This document shows positions 14,343 to 22,585 of a stretch of 40,800 nucleotides of DNA, one piece after another. The DNA lies in contig CAXGZM010000002.1 of assembly GCA_964014165.1 (NCBI GenBank), positions 1-40,800 on the forward strand. Reading direction: 5' to 3'. The notes below the pieces were generated by a model, which did not search any database, was not told the DNA's origin, and saw nothing but the letters and a program-made list of their open reading frames with translations. A program made the position numbers and the translations under genes. Numbering within the stretch: position 1 is the first letter of the stretch; the number at the start of each line of letters is the position of its first letter. Origin of the DNA: an uncultured euryarchaeote (GTDB lineage: Archaea > Thermoplasmatota > Poseidoniia > Poseidoniales > Poseidoniaceae).

Positions 14343-15742
14343 TGTGGGACGAGTTGCTGCTTGAGGCAGGGCTGAACGAGCGAGAGGTACGCTCGATCAT
14401 GATCCTCGGATCCCGTCCAAAAATGAAGGCGTCCGAGTTGGCCAAGGAACTCAACACGACGCGACTCGACGCTTACAACAGCCTTTCGCGACTGCAGGAA
14501 ATGGGCATCGTCACGGCAACGGCCGACCGCCCCATGCTGTTTTCCAGCCTCCGCATCAACGAAGCCATGGAGCACATCATCCAGTCCCGAAAGCAACAAC
14601 TTGACCGGCTTGTGGAGGGTTTTGACGAATTGTCCAAAGGCATCACGGAGACCGATGCGTCCTATGAGAAGCAGCGCCGAGACATCGATGACCCGCGCTT
14701 TGCCGTGTTGAAGGAGCGAAGCCACATCTACAACCGCCTGCAAAAAATGGCCAACGATGCTGAAGAACGTTTGATTCTGCTGTTGGGTCAATTCGGCATT
14801 CTCCATCTTTGTCGCAGTCCTGATGCGCTTGAGGCCGTGAACACCGCAGCTGTACGTGGCGTTGTGGTCCAGATCATCACCCACCTTGACGGAAGGACGC
14901 TCCGCTTCTTCGATCAACTCGACAACAGCATCGACGTTCGACACTCCGACGAACTCGACTCGCTCGGCTTTGTTCAGGATCAGTCCGAAGTCATCCAGTA
15001 CCTCAACATCGAGGACAATCCCGTGGGGCGTGGGAAGGAGGACGCCGCTCTCATCATTGAATCCGGACCGTTCTCTCAGGCGCATCTGCATCTCATTGAT
15101 GCCATTTGGGAGGGCGCTGTCCCGCTTGCTACGGCCCGAGCCCGCTTCACGGAGAACCAAATCAACGACCCACTTCGGCTGACCATCGGTGAAGGTTCGT
15201 TCCTGAAAAACGTCTCCGTCGCCCTCGGTTTTGACGGCCAGTTGCCCGAGGAAGATACACCGTTTGACCCCGAGGCGTTTTTCGCTGCCGGCCATGAGGT
15301 GAACGAGGCCCGCAACCGGTTGACGGAAGGGAAACTCTCCAACCTGAAAGTACTGGGCATCGACATCAGCCGTATGCTGCGCCAAATTGGAAACCGCGTG
15401 GGCCAAGAAATCGCCTTTTCCCTGCGTTCTATAGAGAACGATATCGAGTTTCTTGATGAAATGATGGACTGGTGGGAACACGCAGGACTCGGCCTCCTTC
15501 AGTACGATGTTGACCCGCAGTTCCACGTCGTGGTTGGCTTGAATCACCCCCCTGTGGACGACCCCGACGCCCTGCCCATGTGGGAGATGGATGACGGCAT
15601 CATCGAGGGAGCACTTTCGACACGGTTTGCCAAAGAAGCCAACGTTGTTATCCAACGCGTTGAGGGCAACGGGCACAAGGACGACCTTTGGCGCTACCTC
15701 ATTCATCGACATGAACTCAACATGATCGAACTGAACGACTGA
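14342..15742 (+). CDS. TrmB-family transcriptional regulator with an extra ~190-aa C-terminal domain (V4R-like, tentative)
   Basis: N-terminal winged HTH: EREVRSIMILGSRPKMKASELAKELNTTRLDAYNSLSRLQEMGIV. A TrmB_C-like middle region follows (AVRGVVVQIIT ... DVRHSD ... IWEGAVPL). The C-terminal segment LRQIGNRVGQEIA...WWEHAGLGLLQYD...DDGIIEGALSTRF...VVIQRVEGNG resembles V4R. Its ATG overlaps the bcp stop (TGATG). Confidence 0.7.
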   Translation: MWDELLLEAGLNEREVRSIMILGSRPKMKASELAKELNTTRLDAYNSLSRLQEMGIVTATADRPMLFSSLRINEAMEHIIQSRKQQLDRLVEGFDELSKGITETDASYEKQRRDIDDPRFAVLKERSHIYNRLQKMANDAEERLILLLGQFGILHLCRSPDALEAVNTAAVRGVVVQIITHLDGRTLRFFDQLDNSIDVRHSDELDSLGFVQDQSEVIQYLNIEDNPVGRGKEDAALIIESGPFSQAHLHLIDAIWEGAVPLATARARFTENQINDPLRLTIGEGSFLKNVSVALGFDGQLPEEDTPFDPEAFFAAGHEVNEARNRLTEGKLSNLKVLGIDISRMLRQIGNRVGQEIAFSLRSIENDIEFLDEMMDWWEHAGLGLLQYDVDPQFHVVVGLNHPPVDDPDALPMWEMDDGIIEGALSTRFAKEANVVIQRVEGNGHKDDLWRYLIHRHELNMIELND

Positions 15743-15755
15743 GCAGGTGAACCGG

Positions 15756-16994
15756 ATGAAACTCGGCACGTTTCTCCGGTTCTACCGTCAAATCAGAGGG
15801 AAAAAACCCGTTGACATCGACGCCATCCAGTCCATGGGGCTTCTTGCGGTCAAGCTCGGCCAAATTTTCGCCCTCCGACCGGATTTGATCGACCCCGACC
15901 GCTGCATTGAATTGCAGCAGCTCTACAGCCGCGCTGCCACCATTCCCGAGGAGGATTCACAGCGTTTGCTCGACCGTTTTGCGCCCGAGGGCTTCATGGA
16001 CCACTTTGAGCATCTCGACATGAAACCGTTCGCTGCTGCGAGCATCGGCCAGATTCATCGTGGTGTGCTCAAGGACGGCACCAAGGTCGTGGTCAAGGTC
16101 ATCAAATCCGATTTCGAAGAGGCCTTCAAGCGAGACGTGCAGCGAATGAAGCGCTGGATTCGCATGGGTCTCTTCTTCAATCCACGGTTGCGCAAGGTGG
16201 GCAACCCCATCGGCCTTCTCGCCCACATCGAGGACTACACGCTGCGTGAGTTGAACCTGCTCAACGAAATCGACGGGCGAAATCAGCTCATCGCCAAATC
16301 CGAGGCCATTGAGGAGCACTTCCCAATGCCGAAGCTGAAATTCCCCGCCATGTGGGAGAACCTGTCCAACGAGCGCGTGCTGGTCATCGAAGAAATCACG
16401 CACCCGACCCTGGAGGACCACCTTGAGGCCGGAACCCTCACTTGGCCCGACATGCTCGAACTGTTTCGTGTTCACGGCGCCTTCATGTTCGGTCTGGGTA
16501 CGTTCCATGGCGACCTCCACCCCGGGAATGCCATGATGGACCAAGATGGAAATTTCTTCTTCATCGACACCGGTGCGATCTGCAACGCACCCGAACATGT
16601 ACGAAATGCGCTGTTTGGTTTCTTTTACTTCCTCGCCAAAGGCGAACTCAAGAACGCCTTTGATGCCATGCTCACCATGGCGGCTGTTCGTCCAACCGGC
16701 GACACGCTACAGACCTATTACGACTCGATGAACGAACTCTACGACGGCTTCGTGGGCACGTCGGTCAGCGAAGTTTCGCTGACGGAGCAAATGATGAAGA
16801 CGGTGAAAGCCGCGGTGCTGGCAGGTTGTGCTTTCGGCGAGGAAGCCTTCCCGATCATCCGCTCGCTGATGTACATGGACGGCATGGTGCTCAAAGGCCA
16901 CCCCAACGTGGACCTCATCAGTTCCATGGGCCCCTACTTGGACGAATTTTCCGTTTTGATCGATCCCGACAGCATCATCGGCGACGCCGCCTGA
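15756..16994 (+). CDS. ABC1/UbiB-family atypical protein kinase
   Basis: AAASIGQIHRGVLKDGTKVVVKV, HGDLHPGN and FFIDTG. The ATG at 15756 is preceded by AGGTGA; the track's GTG at 15747 is an alternative start. Confidence 0.85.
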   Translation: MKLGTFLRFYRQIRGKKPVDIDAIQSMGLLAVKLGQIFALRPDLIDPDRCIELQQLYSRAATIPEEDSQRLLDRFAPEGFMDHFEHLDMKPFAAASIGQIHRGVLKDGTKVVVKVIKSDFEEAFKRDVQRMKRWIRMGLFFNPRLRKVGNPIGLLAHIEDYTLRELNLLNEIDGRNQLIAKSEAIEEHFPMPKLKFPAMWENLSNERVLVIEEITHPTLEDHLEAGTLTWPDMLELFRVHGAFMFGLGTFHGDLHPGNAMMDQDGNFFFIDTGAICNAPEHVRNALFGFFYFLAKGELKNAFDAMLTMAAVRPTGDTLQTYYDSMNELYDGFVGTSVSEVSLTEQMMKTVKAAVLAGCAFGEEAFPIIRSLMYMDGMVLKGHPNVDLISSMGPYLDEFSVLIDPDSIIGDAA

Positions 16995-17012
16995 AGTGTT
17001 ATTTTTCATAAA

Positions 17013-17022
17013 ATTTTTATGA
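17013..17022 (+). promoter_or_regulatory. TATA-like element (ATTTTTATGA), 18 nt upstream of the crtI ATG at 17041
   Basis: It lies in the only strongly A/T-rich stretch of the 46-bp spacer (CATAAAATTTTTATGAAC). Confidence 0.5.
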
Positions 17023-17040
17023 ACAAAAACCGTCATTTAT

Positions 17041-18678
17041 ATGCCCACACCCGCAGCGTGGGCCATGACTGGAAGTTCTCAACCAAAAGTGGCCATCATC
17101 GGCGCGGGCCCCGGCGGACTGGCCTCCGCCCTTCTGCTTGCAAAATCCGGTGTCGACGTCACCGTGTTCGAACGCTCCAGCGCCGTGGGTGGACGCAACA
17201 AAGTCTTCGACCGGGACGGGTTCAAATTCGACCTCGGCCCCACCTTCTTCCACTATCCAGAAGTGATCGAGGACATCTTCAAGGCCATCGGTTTGGACGC
17301 CCATGACGAACTCAACCTCCACAAGCTCGACCTGAATTACCGGCTCATTTTCGGACAAGGCGGTCAACTCGACTGCACGAGCGACCTCGACGAGATGACC
17401 GAGCGCATCCGAGCACTGTCCGGCGACAACAACGCCAACGCCTTCCGCCGCTACGTAGCGGACAACCGAGTGAAACTCCACAAATCGAAGGCCTGCTTGC
17501 AAGAGCCGTGGTACGGTCCCACCGACCTGCTCTCCAAGCGAGCCATGCGCGTCGCAGGTGTGCTTCGGCCGCAGCGCTCGGTGGCAGGGGACCTCATGAA
17601 ACTCTTCGACGACGACCGTTTGATGTTGGCCATGTCCTTCCAAACGAAGTACCTCGGTATGTCGCCCTTCAATTGCCCCAGCCTGTTCACCATGCTGGCC
17701 TTCCTCGAATACGAGTACGGCATCTTCCACCCCATTGGCGGCTTGGGCAGCGTGAGCGAGCGCATGGCCAGCATCGCCAAAGATCTCGGCGTCACCTTCC
17801 GCATGAACGAGGCCGTGGAATCGGTCATCATGGACGGCAAAACCATCAAGGGTGTTCGCACCGGCAAAGGCGAGTTCTTCGCAGACAAAGTCGTCATGAA
17901 CGCAGATTTTGCTCAAGGCATGACCCAGCTCTTCCCCGACAGTGTCCGCAAGAAATGGACCAACAAGAAACTCGACGGGAAAAAGTACTCCTGCTCAACC
18001 TTCATGCTCTACCTTGGCATTGACAAGACCTACGAAGACCTCCCCCACCACCAAATCTACGCCTCCGCCAACTACCAAAAGAACCTGGAAGACATAGAGA
18101 AGAACCACAAGCTGACCTGGGACGACCCGTCGGTCTACGTTCAGAACGCTTGCGTCGTCGACCCAAGCCTCGCTCCCGAGGGTTGTTCAACGGTCTATGC
18201 CCTGGTGCCCGTTTCGCACATCCATGAAAACATCGACTGGTCCAAGGAAAAAGACGCTTACAGGGACCGTGTCCTCGAACAAATCGAGGAGAAACTCGGG
18301 TTCGAAGGCCTGCGAGATCACATCGTTACCGAGATGGTCATTACACCCGAGGATTGGGGTGACCACTGCTACCGAGGTGCGGTCTTCAACCTGGCTCACG
18401 GCCTCGACCAGATGCTCTGGCGCCGCCCGAAAAATCAGTTCGACGAGATCAACAACCTGTACCTCGTCGGCGGTGGCACCCACCCCGGCAGTGGTTTGCC
18501 GGTCATCTACGAATCGGCCCGCATCAGCAGCAAGCTTCTCCTCGACAGCCTTGGCATCATCCCCGATTGGAACGGCGTCGACACCTGGTTCGAGAGCCGA
18601 AAGCGCTCAAAGCAAGGCAGAGCAGCCCTCAACAAAACCTCAAAAGAACCGTCCAGCGGAACCCCAACATCTGCTTGA
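17041..18678 (+). CDS. crtI: Phytoene desaturase family FAD-dependent oxidoreductase (CrtI-type)
   Basis: 545 aa. KVAIIGAGPGGLASALLLAKSGVDVTVFERSSAVGGR dinucleotide fold, and C-terminal LYLVGGGTHPGSGLPVIYES. Confidence 0.85.
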   Translation: MPTPAAWAMTGSSQPKVAIIGAGPGGLASALLLAKSGVDVTVFERSSAVGGRNKVFDRDGFKFDLGPTFFHYPEVIEDIFKAIGLDAHDELNLHKLDLNYRLIFGQGGQLDCTSDLDEMTERIRALSGDNNANAFRRYVADNRVKLHKSKACLQEPWYGPTDLLSKRAMRVAGVLRPQRSVAGDLMKLFDDDRLMLAMSFQTKYLGMSPFNCPSLFTMLAFLEYEYGIFHPIGGLGSVSERMASIAKDLGVTFRMNEAVESVIMDGKTIKGVRTGKGEFFADKVVMNADFAQGMTQLFPDSVRKKWTNKKLDGKKYSCSTFMLYLGIDKTYEDLPHHQIYASANYQKNLEDIEKNHKLTWDDPSVYVQNACVVDPSLAPEGCSTVYALVPVSHIHENIDWSKEKDAYRDRVLEQIEEKLGFEGLRDHIVTEMVITPEDWGDHCYRGAVFNLAHGLDQMLWRRPKNQFDEINNLYLVGGGTHPGSGLPVIYESARISSKLLLDSLGIIPDWNGVDTWFESRKRSKQGRAALNKTSKEPSSGTPTSA

Positions 18679-18687
18679 GTGGTCCCC

Positions 18688-19680
18688 ATGGAACAACTTC
18701 GTCTGGAGGAGGCCTACGCGTTTTGCGAAACGGTGTGCAGGAACGCATCCACCACTTTCTATTCCTCCTTCAGCGCGCTCCAACCCGATAAGCGCAGAGC
18801 GGTTCACGCCGTCTATGCCCTGTGCCGTTGGGTGGACGACATCGTCGACGGCGACGAGGAACCCACCATTCTCGAAACCCAATCCTTGCGAGAAGCAACC
18901 GAAGCCCGGCAGTCCGTGGTCAACCAACTTCATGCGGGGGCTGATCCCTCCCTCAGCCCAGAAGAACACCGTCGTCGCATGATGGCGCTGGTCGACATCC
19001 GATTGAAACTCCAGCAGGCGGAAGCACAGTCCTTGACCAACGACGATCACCCGATTTTCATCGCACTGCAGGATGTTTTCAACCGTTACCCCATCAAACT
19101 CGCTGACTTCGAGACCGTGATCGAAGGCATGGAAGACGACCTGTATCCTGTGCTCAACCAGACCTGGGATGAACTCCGCTCCTATTGCTACAAGGTCGCC
19201 TCTGCGGTAGGGCTCATCCTCATTGAAATCTACGGCTACGAGGACCGAGCCGCCCGCTTGCACGCCATCGACCTCGGCATTCAGATGCAGCTCATCAACG
19301 TGCTACGGGACATCAACGAAGACATGGAACGTGGACGCGTCTACCTCCCGCTTGACGTGCTGGCTTCTCACGACATCACGCTCGAGATGCTGGAAAACGA
19401 AGCCATCGCAGAGACCCTTGCATGGAAGGGCTTCGTCGTGGAATACGTCGAGGTTATCAAGCGACATCAAGACTCGGCCAACCATCTCTTCGGCTACCTC
19501 GACGGTCGAGCCCGAGTTCAGCCCGAAATCATGGCTGACGCCTACACGTCCATCCTCCAAGAAATTGTGCGCCGCTCCGGCGACGTGTTCTCTCAACCTG
19601 TGAAACTGTCCCCCCTGCGAAAGGGCCTGCTGGGTGTTCGGCTCAGCCTGCGAAAGCTTCGAGCGCGACTCTTCGCTTGA
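18688..19680 (+). CDS. crtB: Phytoene/squalene synthase family protein (CrtB-type)
   Basis: AYAFCETVCRNASTTFYSSF, YALCRWVDDIVD and RDINEDMERGRVYLPLD (two Asp-rich motifs). The start is the ATG at 18688, or the GTG at 18679 directly after the crtI stop. Confidence 0.85.
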   Translation: MEQLRLEEAYAFCETVCRNASTTFYSSFSALQPDKRRAVHAVYALCRWVDDIVDGDEEPTILETQSLREATEARQSVVNQLHAGADPSLSPEEHRRRMMALVDIRLKLQQAEAQSLTNDDHPIFIALQDVFNRYPIKLADFETVIEGMEDDLYPVLNQTWDELRSYCYKVASAVGLILIEIYGYEDRAARLHAIDLGIQMQLINVLRDINEDMERGRVYLPLDVLASHDITLEMLENEAIAETLAWKGFVVEYVEVIKRHQDSANHLFGYLDGRARVQPEIMADAYTSILQEIVRRSGDVFSQPVKLSPLRKGLLGVRLSLRKLRARLFA

Positions 19681-19685
19681 AGCCC

Positions 19686-21167
19686 TCACGCATCGATGAG
19701 TGGGGTCATGAGGCCGAATTCCTCGATCAGACTTGGACCGCTGGCGAGGTAGTACACCGAGCCGCGCCCGTCCCGGGAATCGGCGGCCGTGGCGTTTTCT
19801 TTTGTCGCACAATCACCGGTGCATCCGTCGGCAAACGCAACGTAAACGCGCCCTTCCCGGTCAATGTGGAGGTCGTTGAAGTCCAACAGGTTCCTGTTGG
19901 AGCCACCGATGTCTCGGCAATCACCTGAATTCAAGCAGATCGAGCCGACCTGAACGGGGTCGTCGGTGACACGGTAGGTGTGGAAGACCGGTTCATCGTC
20001 CAGTGCATTGAGGCTGTACGTGATGTAGAGGTGGTAGGTGGCGTTGTTTGGGGCGTAGTGAGCGTTGCCGTCCCACGGGTTGCCGTCGATGTCCGACTGG
20101 TTGAGCATCTCCGAGTTTTCGCTGCCGAGGTAGGTGATGGCGATGCGCCCCGGGTCGCCAGCATCGGTTTGCGGGAAGACCGAAGAGATCACGTCCACGG
20201 GCGAGATACGGATGCTCTCCTGCTCCCATGTTTCCCCTGAGTCCATGGAACGGGACATGTAGATGCCCTCGTCCGCTCCTGTCCACACGTGGTAGGCGTT
20301 GGAGGCACTGTCGGTGGAGACTTCGGAGTTTTTGCGAGGGTTGGGCGTTCCCACGTCCTCGCCCATGTAGCGTTCAGACCAGGAAAAGCCGTTGTCCTTG
20401 GAAACGATGACCGTGGGCGTGGCGACGCGGGGCGTGACGTAAACCGTGCCATCGGGCGCCGTGGAAATCGCACCGTGCAGCCCGCCGTTGGTGGTCGCAA
20501 GGCCGATGATTTGTCCGCCGGCCTCGAAACTTGCACCACCGTCAAAACTGGTGAAGCAGAAGATGCCGGCGAGTTTGTTGTAGCAGTAGTACACGGCTGT
20601 CTCGTAGAAACTGCCGGTGAACTGACCCAGGGCACCGTAGCCGCTTGAGGTCCAAGGGCCGCTGGCGAGTTTGATGTGATCGTTGAGCGGCGTGGTCCCC
20701 GAATCGTGAGGGTTGCCCATCCACGTTTGACCGTCATCGTCGCTCCAACAGATCCATGAGGTCTCAAGGCCGATCATTTGGACGCCGAACACGCGATCGG
20801 TGATGGGGTCAACCCAGCCGTAGGGGTCGCTGGTGGTGGGTGAACACATCACGGGGTCTTGGGTTTCTTCCCAAGCAAGGCCACCGTCGCACGACCGCAT
20901 CACCTTCTCCATGGCGATGAAAAAGATGCAACCGGTGGACGTGATACCGATGCTGGGTTCCTTTCCTGTTTCACCAACGTCGCTGAACTGGAAGGTCATC
21001 TCGAGGGGCAACGTGTCGATGGAGACACCGTTCTTGTCGGTCACAAAGATTCGAGGCTGTTCTTCGACCTCAGGCTCAACCACCGGCATGACTTCTTCTT
21101 CCCCGAAACAGCCGGAGAGGGAGAGGGTGGCGACCAGAAGGGAAAGAAACACAGCGCGTGCTCGCAT
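19686..21167 (-). CDS. Secreted lipobox protein with a BNR/Asp-box beta-propeller (sialidase-like fold)
   Basis: Five Asp-boxes: SCDGGLAW, SDDDGQTW, SFDGGASF, SKDNGFSW, SMDSGETW. I prefer the ATG at 21167, which gives MRARAVFLSLLVATLSLSGC (signal peptide plus L-S-G-C lipobox). The track start is a GTG at 21218 overlapping the GT4 stop. Confidence 0.75.
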   Translation of the reverse strand: MRARAVFLSLLVATLSLSGCFGEEEVMPVVEPEVEEQPRIFVTDKNGVSIDTLPLEMTFQFSDVGETGKEPSIGITSTGCIFFIAMEKVMRSCDGGLAWEETQDPVMCSPTTSDPYGWVDPITDRVFGVQMIGLETSWICWSDDDGQTWMGNPHDSGTTPLNDHIKLASGPWTSSGYGALGQFTGSFYETAVYYCYNKLAGIFCFTSFDGGASFEAGGQIIGLATTNGGLHGAISTAPDGTVYVTPRVATPTVIVSKDNGFSWSERYMGEDVGTPNPRKNSEVSTDSASNAYHVWTGADEGIYMSRSMDSGETWEQESIRISPVDVISSVFPQTDAGDPGRIAITYLGSENSEMLNQSDIDGNPWDGNAHYAPNNATYHLYITYSLNALDDEPVFHTYRVTDDPVQVGSICLNSGDCRDIGGSNRNLLDFNDLHIDREGRVYVAFADGCTGDCATKENATAADSRDGRGSVYYLASGPSLIEEFGLMTPLIDA

Positions 21168-21214
21168 GGCGGGGGGTCGGTGCTCACCAATGAGAACCTT
21201 ACGGACGAGCGTTT

Positions 21215-22480
21215 TCACTCGCCGACCAGCGAGGTGTAGATGGCCTCGTAGGCTTCGGCATTGTGCTCGTATGTGAAACGGTCGAGGACGCGCTGGCGTC
21301 CACGCTGCATCTGTTCCGTGCGCTCGTCGGGATGGTCAAGACAGTGGTTCACGGCGCGCGCCAAATCCTCGTGGTCGCCGCAGGCAAACAATCCACCCAC
21401 CGACCCGTCGATCATCTCGGTCAGCGGGGGCTGGTCAACCGTCACCACCGGCGTTCCACTGGCCAAGGCCTCGAGTGGAATCAGGCCCTGGCCTTCGTAG
21501 TAGGACGGGTAAACGACCAGGTCGGCCGCACGGAAGTGGAGGGCCAACTGCTCAAAACTCATGCCGGGTTGAATATGGACGGCGTGAGCAATGCCCAACC
21601 GCTTGGCTTGTCGCATGAGGGTTTTGCGCATGTGACCACGCCCGATGATGACCAAACGTGCACCAGGGTGCTGTTTGAGGATAAACGGCATCGACCGGAG
21701 GAGGGTGCGATGGCCTTTGCGCGCCACCAGACGGCCCACGGCCAGCAAGAGCGGCGTCCCCGTGTCCGGCCGGCCGCACAACGCTGCCTCATCGGCGGCA
21801 TCGTAGGATTTGCGAAGCGCCTCGTACGCCAGTTGTTCTTCCTCGTGGTCGTGGTTCATTGGACGGAACACCTTGTGGTCAACACCGTACAGCACCGTCT
21901 CGCAGTACCAATCCTCGGGCGGCCTGTACCACTGCTCGAATTCACGACGTGTTGAATCTGAGATGGCGACGGACACGCTCGAGTGTTCCATGCCCGCTTG
22001 TTCGTACTTGGCGTAGTAACCACCGGTGAGCAAAATGGCGAGATCGTTGGGGTTCTTCCACGTGGCCGCTTCGTTGTGGCGGGCAGCCAGTTTCATGCCT
22101 TCACGCTCGCCGATCCAGCTGCCGTTGAGGGCCGAAACCACCGGAGCGATGTGCTCCTCCACCCAGAGGTATTCCTTTGCGGTCCAACTCACGAGCGGCA
22201 GCAGGGTGTGGACGACATCCACCGGTTTGACCTGGTGAAGTCGGCGAAGTTCGGTCAAGGCATGTTTCCCGTAGGACCGCGTAAAGGCCATGGGCGCTTT
22301 GAGCCATGGGACCTGAAGCACGCTCACACCGGGTTGTTGCGGCGCTGGCTGTTTGTGGCTTCTCGTGATGATGGTCACGTCGTGACCTCGCTGGGCCAAA
22401 TGACCGGCGAGGTGGAACACCACGGAGCCGATGCCTCCCCACCTTGGGGGATATTCGCCCGAGACCATGGCGATGTGCAT
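21215..22480 (-). CDS. Glycosyltransferase, GT4 family
   Basis: MHIAMVSGEYPPRWGGIGSVVFHLAGHLAQRGHDVTIITR and the E-x7-E motif EGQGLIPLEALASGTPVV. The ATG at 22480 is preferred over the upstream track extension. Confidence 0.8.
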   Translation of the reverse strand: MHIAMVSGEYPPRWGGIGSVVFHLAGHLAQRGHDVTIITRSHKQPAPQQPGVSVLQVPWLKAPMAFTRSYGKHALTELRRLHQVKPVDVVHTLLPLVSWTAKEYLWVEEHIAPVVSALNGSWIGEREGMKLAARHNEAATWKNPNDLAILLTGGYYAKYEQAGMEHSSVSVAISDSTRREFEQWYRPPEDWYCETVLYGVDHKVFRPMNHDHEEEQLAYEALRKSYDAADEAALCGRPDTGTPLLLAVGRLVARKGHRTLLRSMPFILKQHPGARLVIIGRGHMRKTLMRQAKRLGIAHAVHIQPGMSFEQLALHFRAADLVVYPSYYEGQGLIPLEALASGTPVVTVDQPPLTEMIDGSVGGLFACGDHEDLARAVNHCLDHPDERTEQMQRGRQRVLDRFTYEHNAEAYEAIYTSLVGE

Positions 22481-22502
22481 TGAAAGCACCACGAAGGACC
22501 TG

Positions 22503-22512
22503 CATTTGAATG
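22503..22512 (-). promoter_or_regulatory. Weak TATA-like element (CATTCAAATG on the minus strand), 22 nt upstream of the ATG at 22480
   Basis: Called on position and A/T content only. Confidence 0.3.
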
Positions 22513-22554
22513 TCATTGAGCGGGGTCGGCCGATGCCCACGCTTTCAGCCAAAC

Positions 22555-22564
22555 CTTTGAAGGT
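22555..22564 (+). promoter_or_regulatory. Weak TATA-like element (CTTTGAAGGT), 21 nt upstream of the ATG at 22586
   Basis: It has the same CTTTGAAG core and spacing as the element at 28199..28208. Confidence 0.35.
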
Positions 22565-22585
22565 CAATCCTCGGGTCGCAAGCCC

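Noticed and set aside
14264-15769. Very long antisense ORFs opposite real genes: 501 aa at 14264..15769 (minus), 521 aa at 38538..40103 (minus), 403 aa at 26..1237 (plus), 393 aa at 6988..8169 (plus), 299 aa at 17017..17916 (minus), 211 aa at 9650..10285 (plus).
   Set aside because: I checked the arithmetic, and each is in the codon-aligned antisense frame of a gene with clear family motifs. In that frame a stop can arise only from sense codons TTA, CTA or TCA, which a GC-rich genome avoids. Long open shadows are therefore expected. Their translations are Val/His/Arg/Gly-rich with no recognisable motifs.
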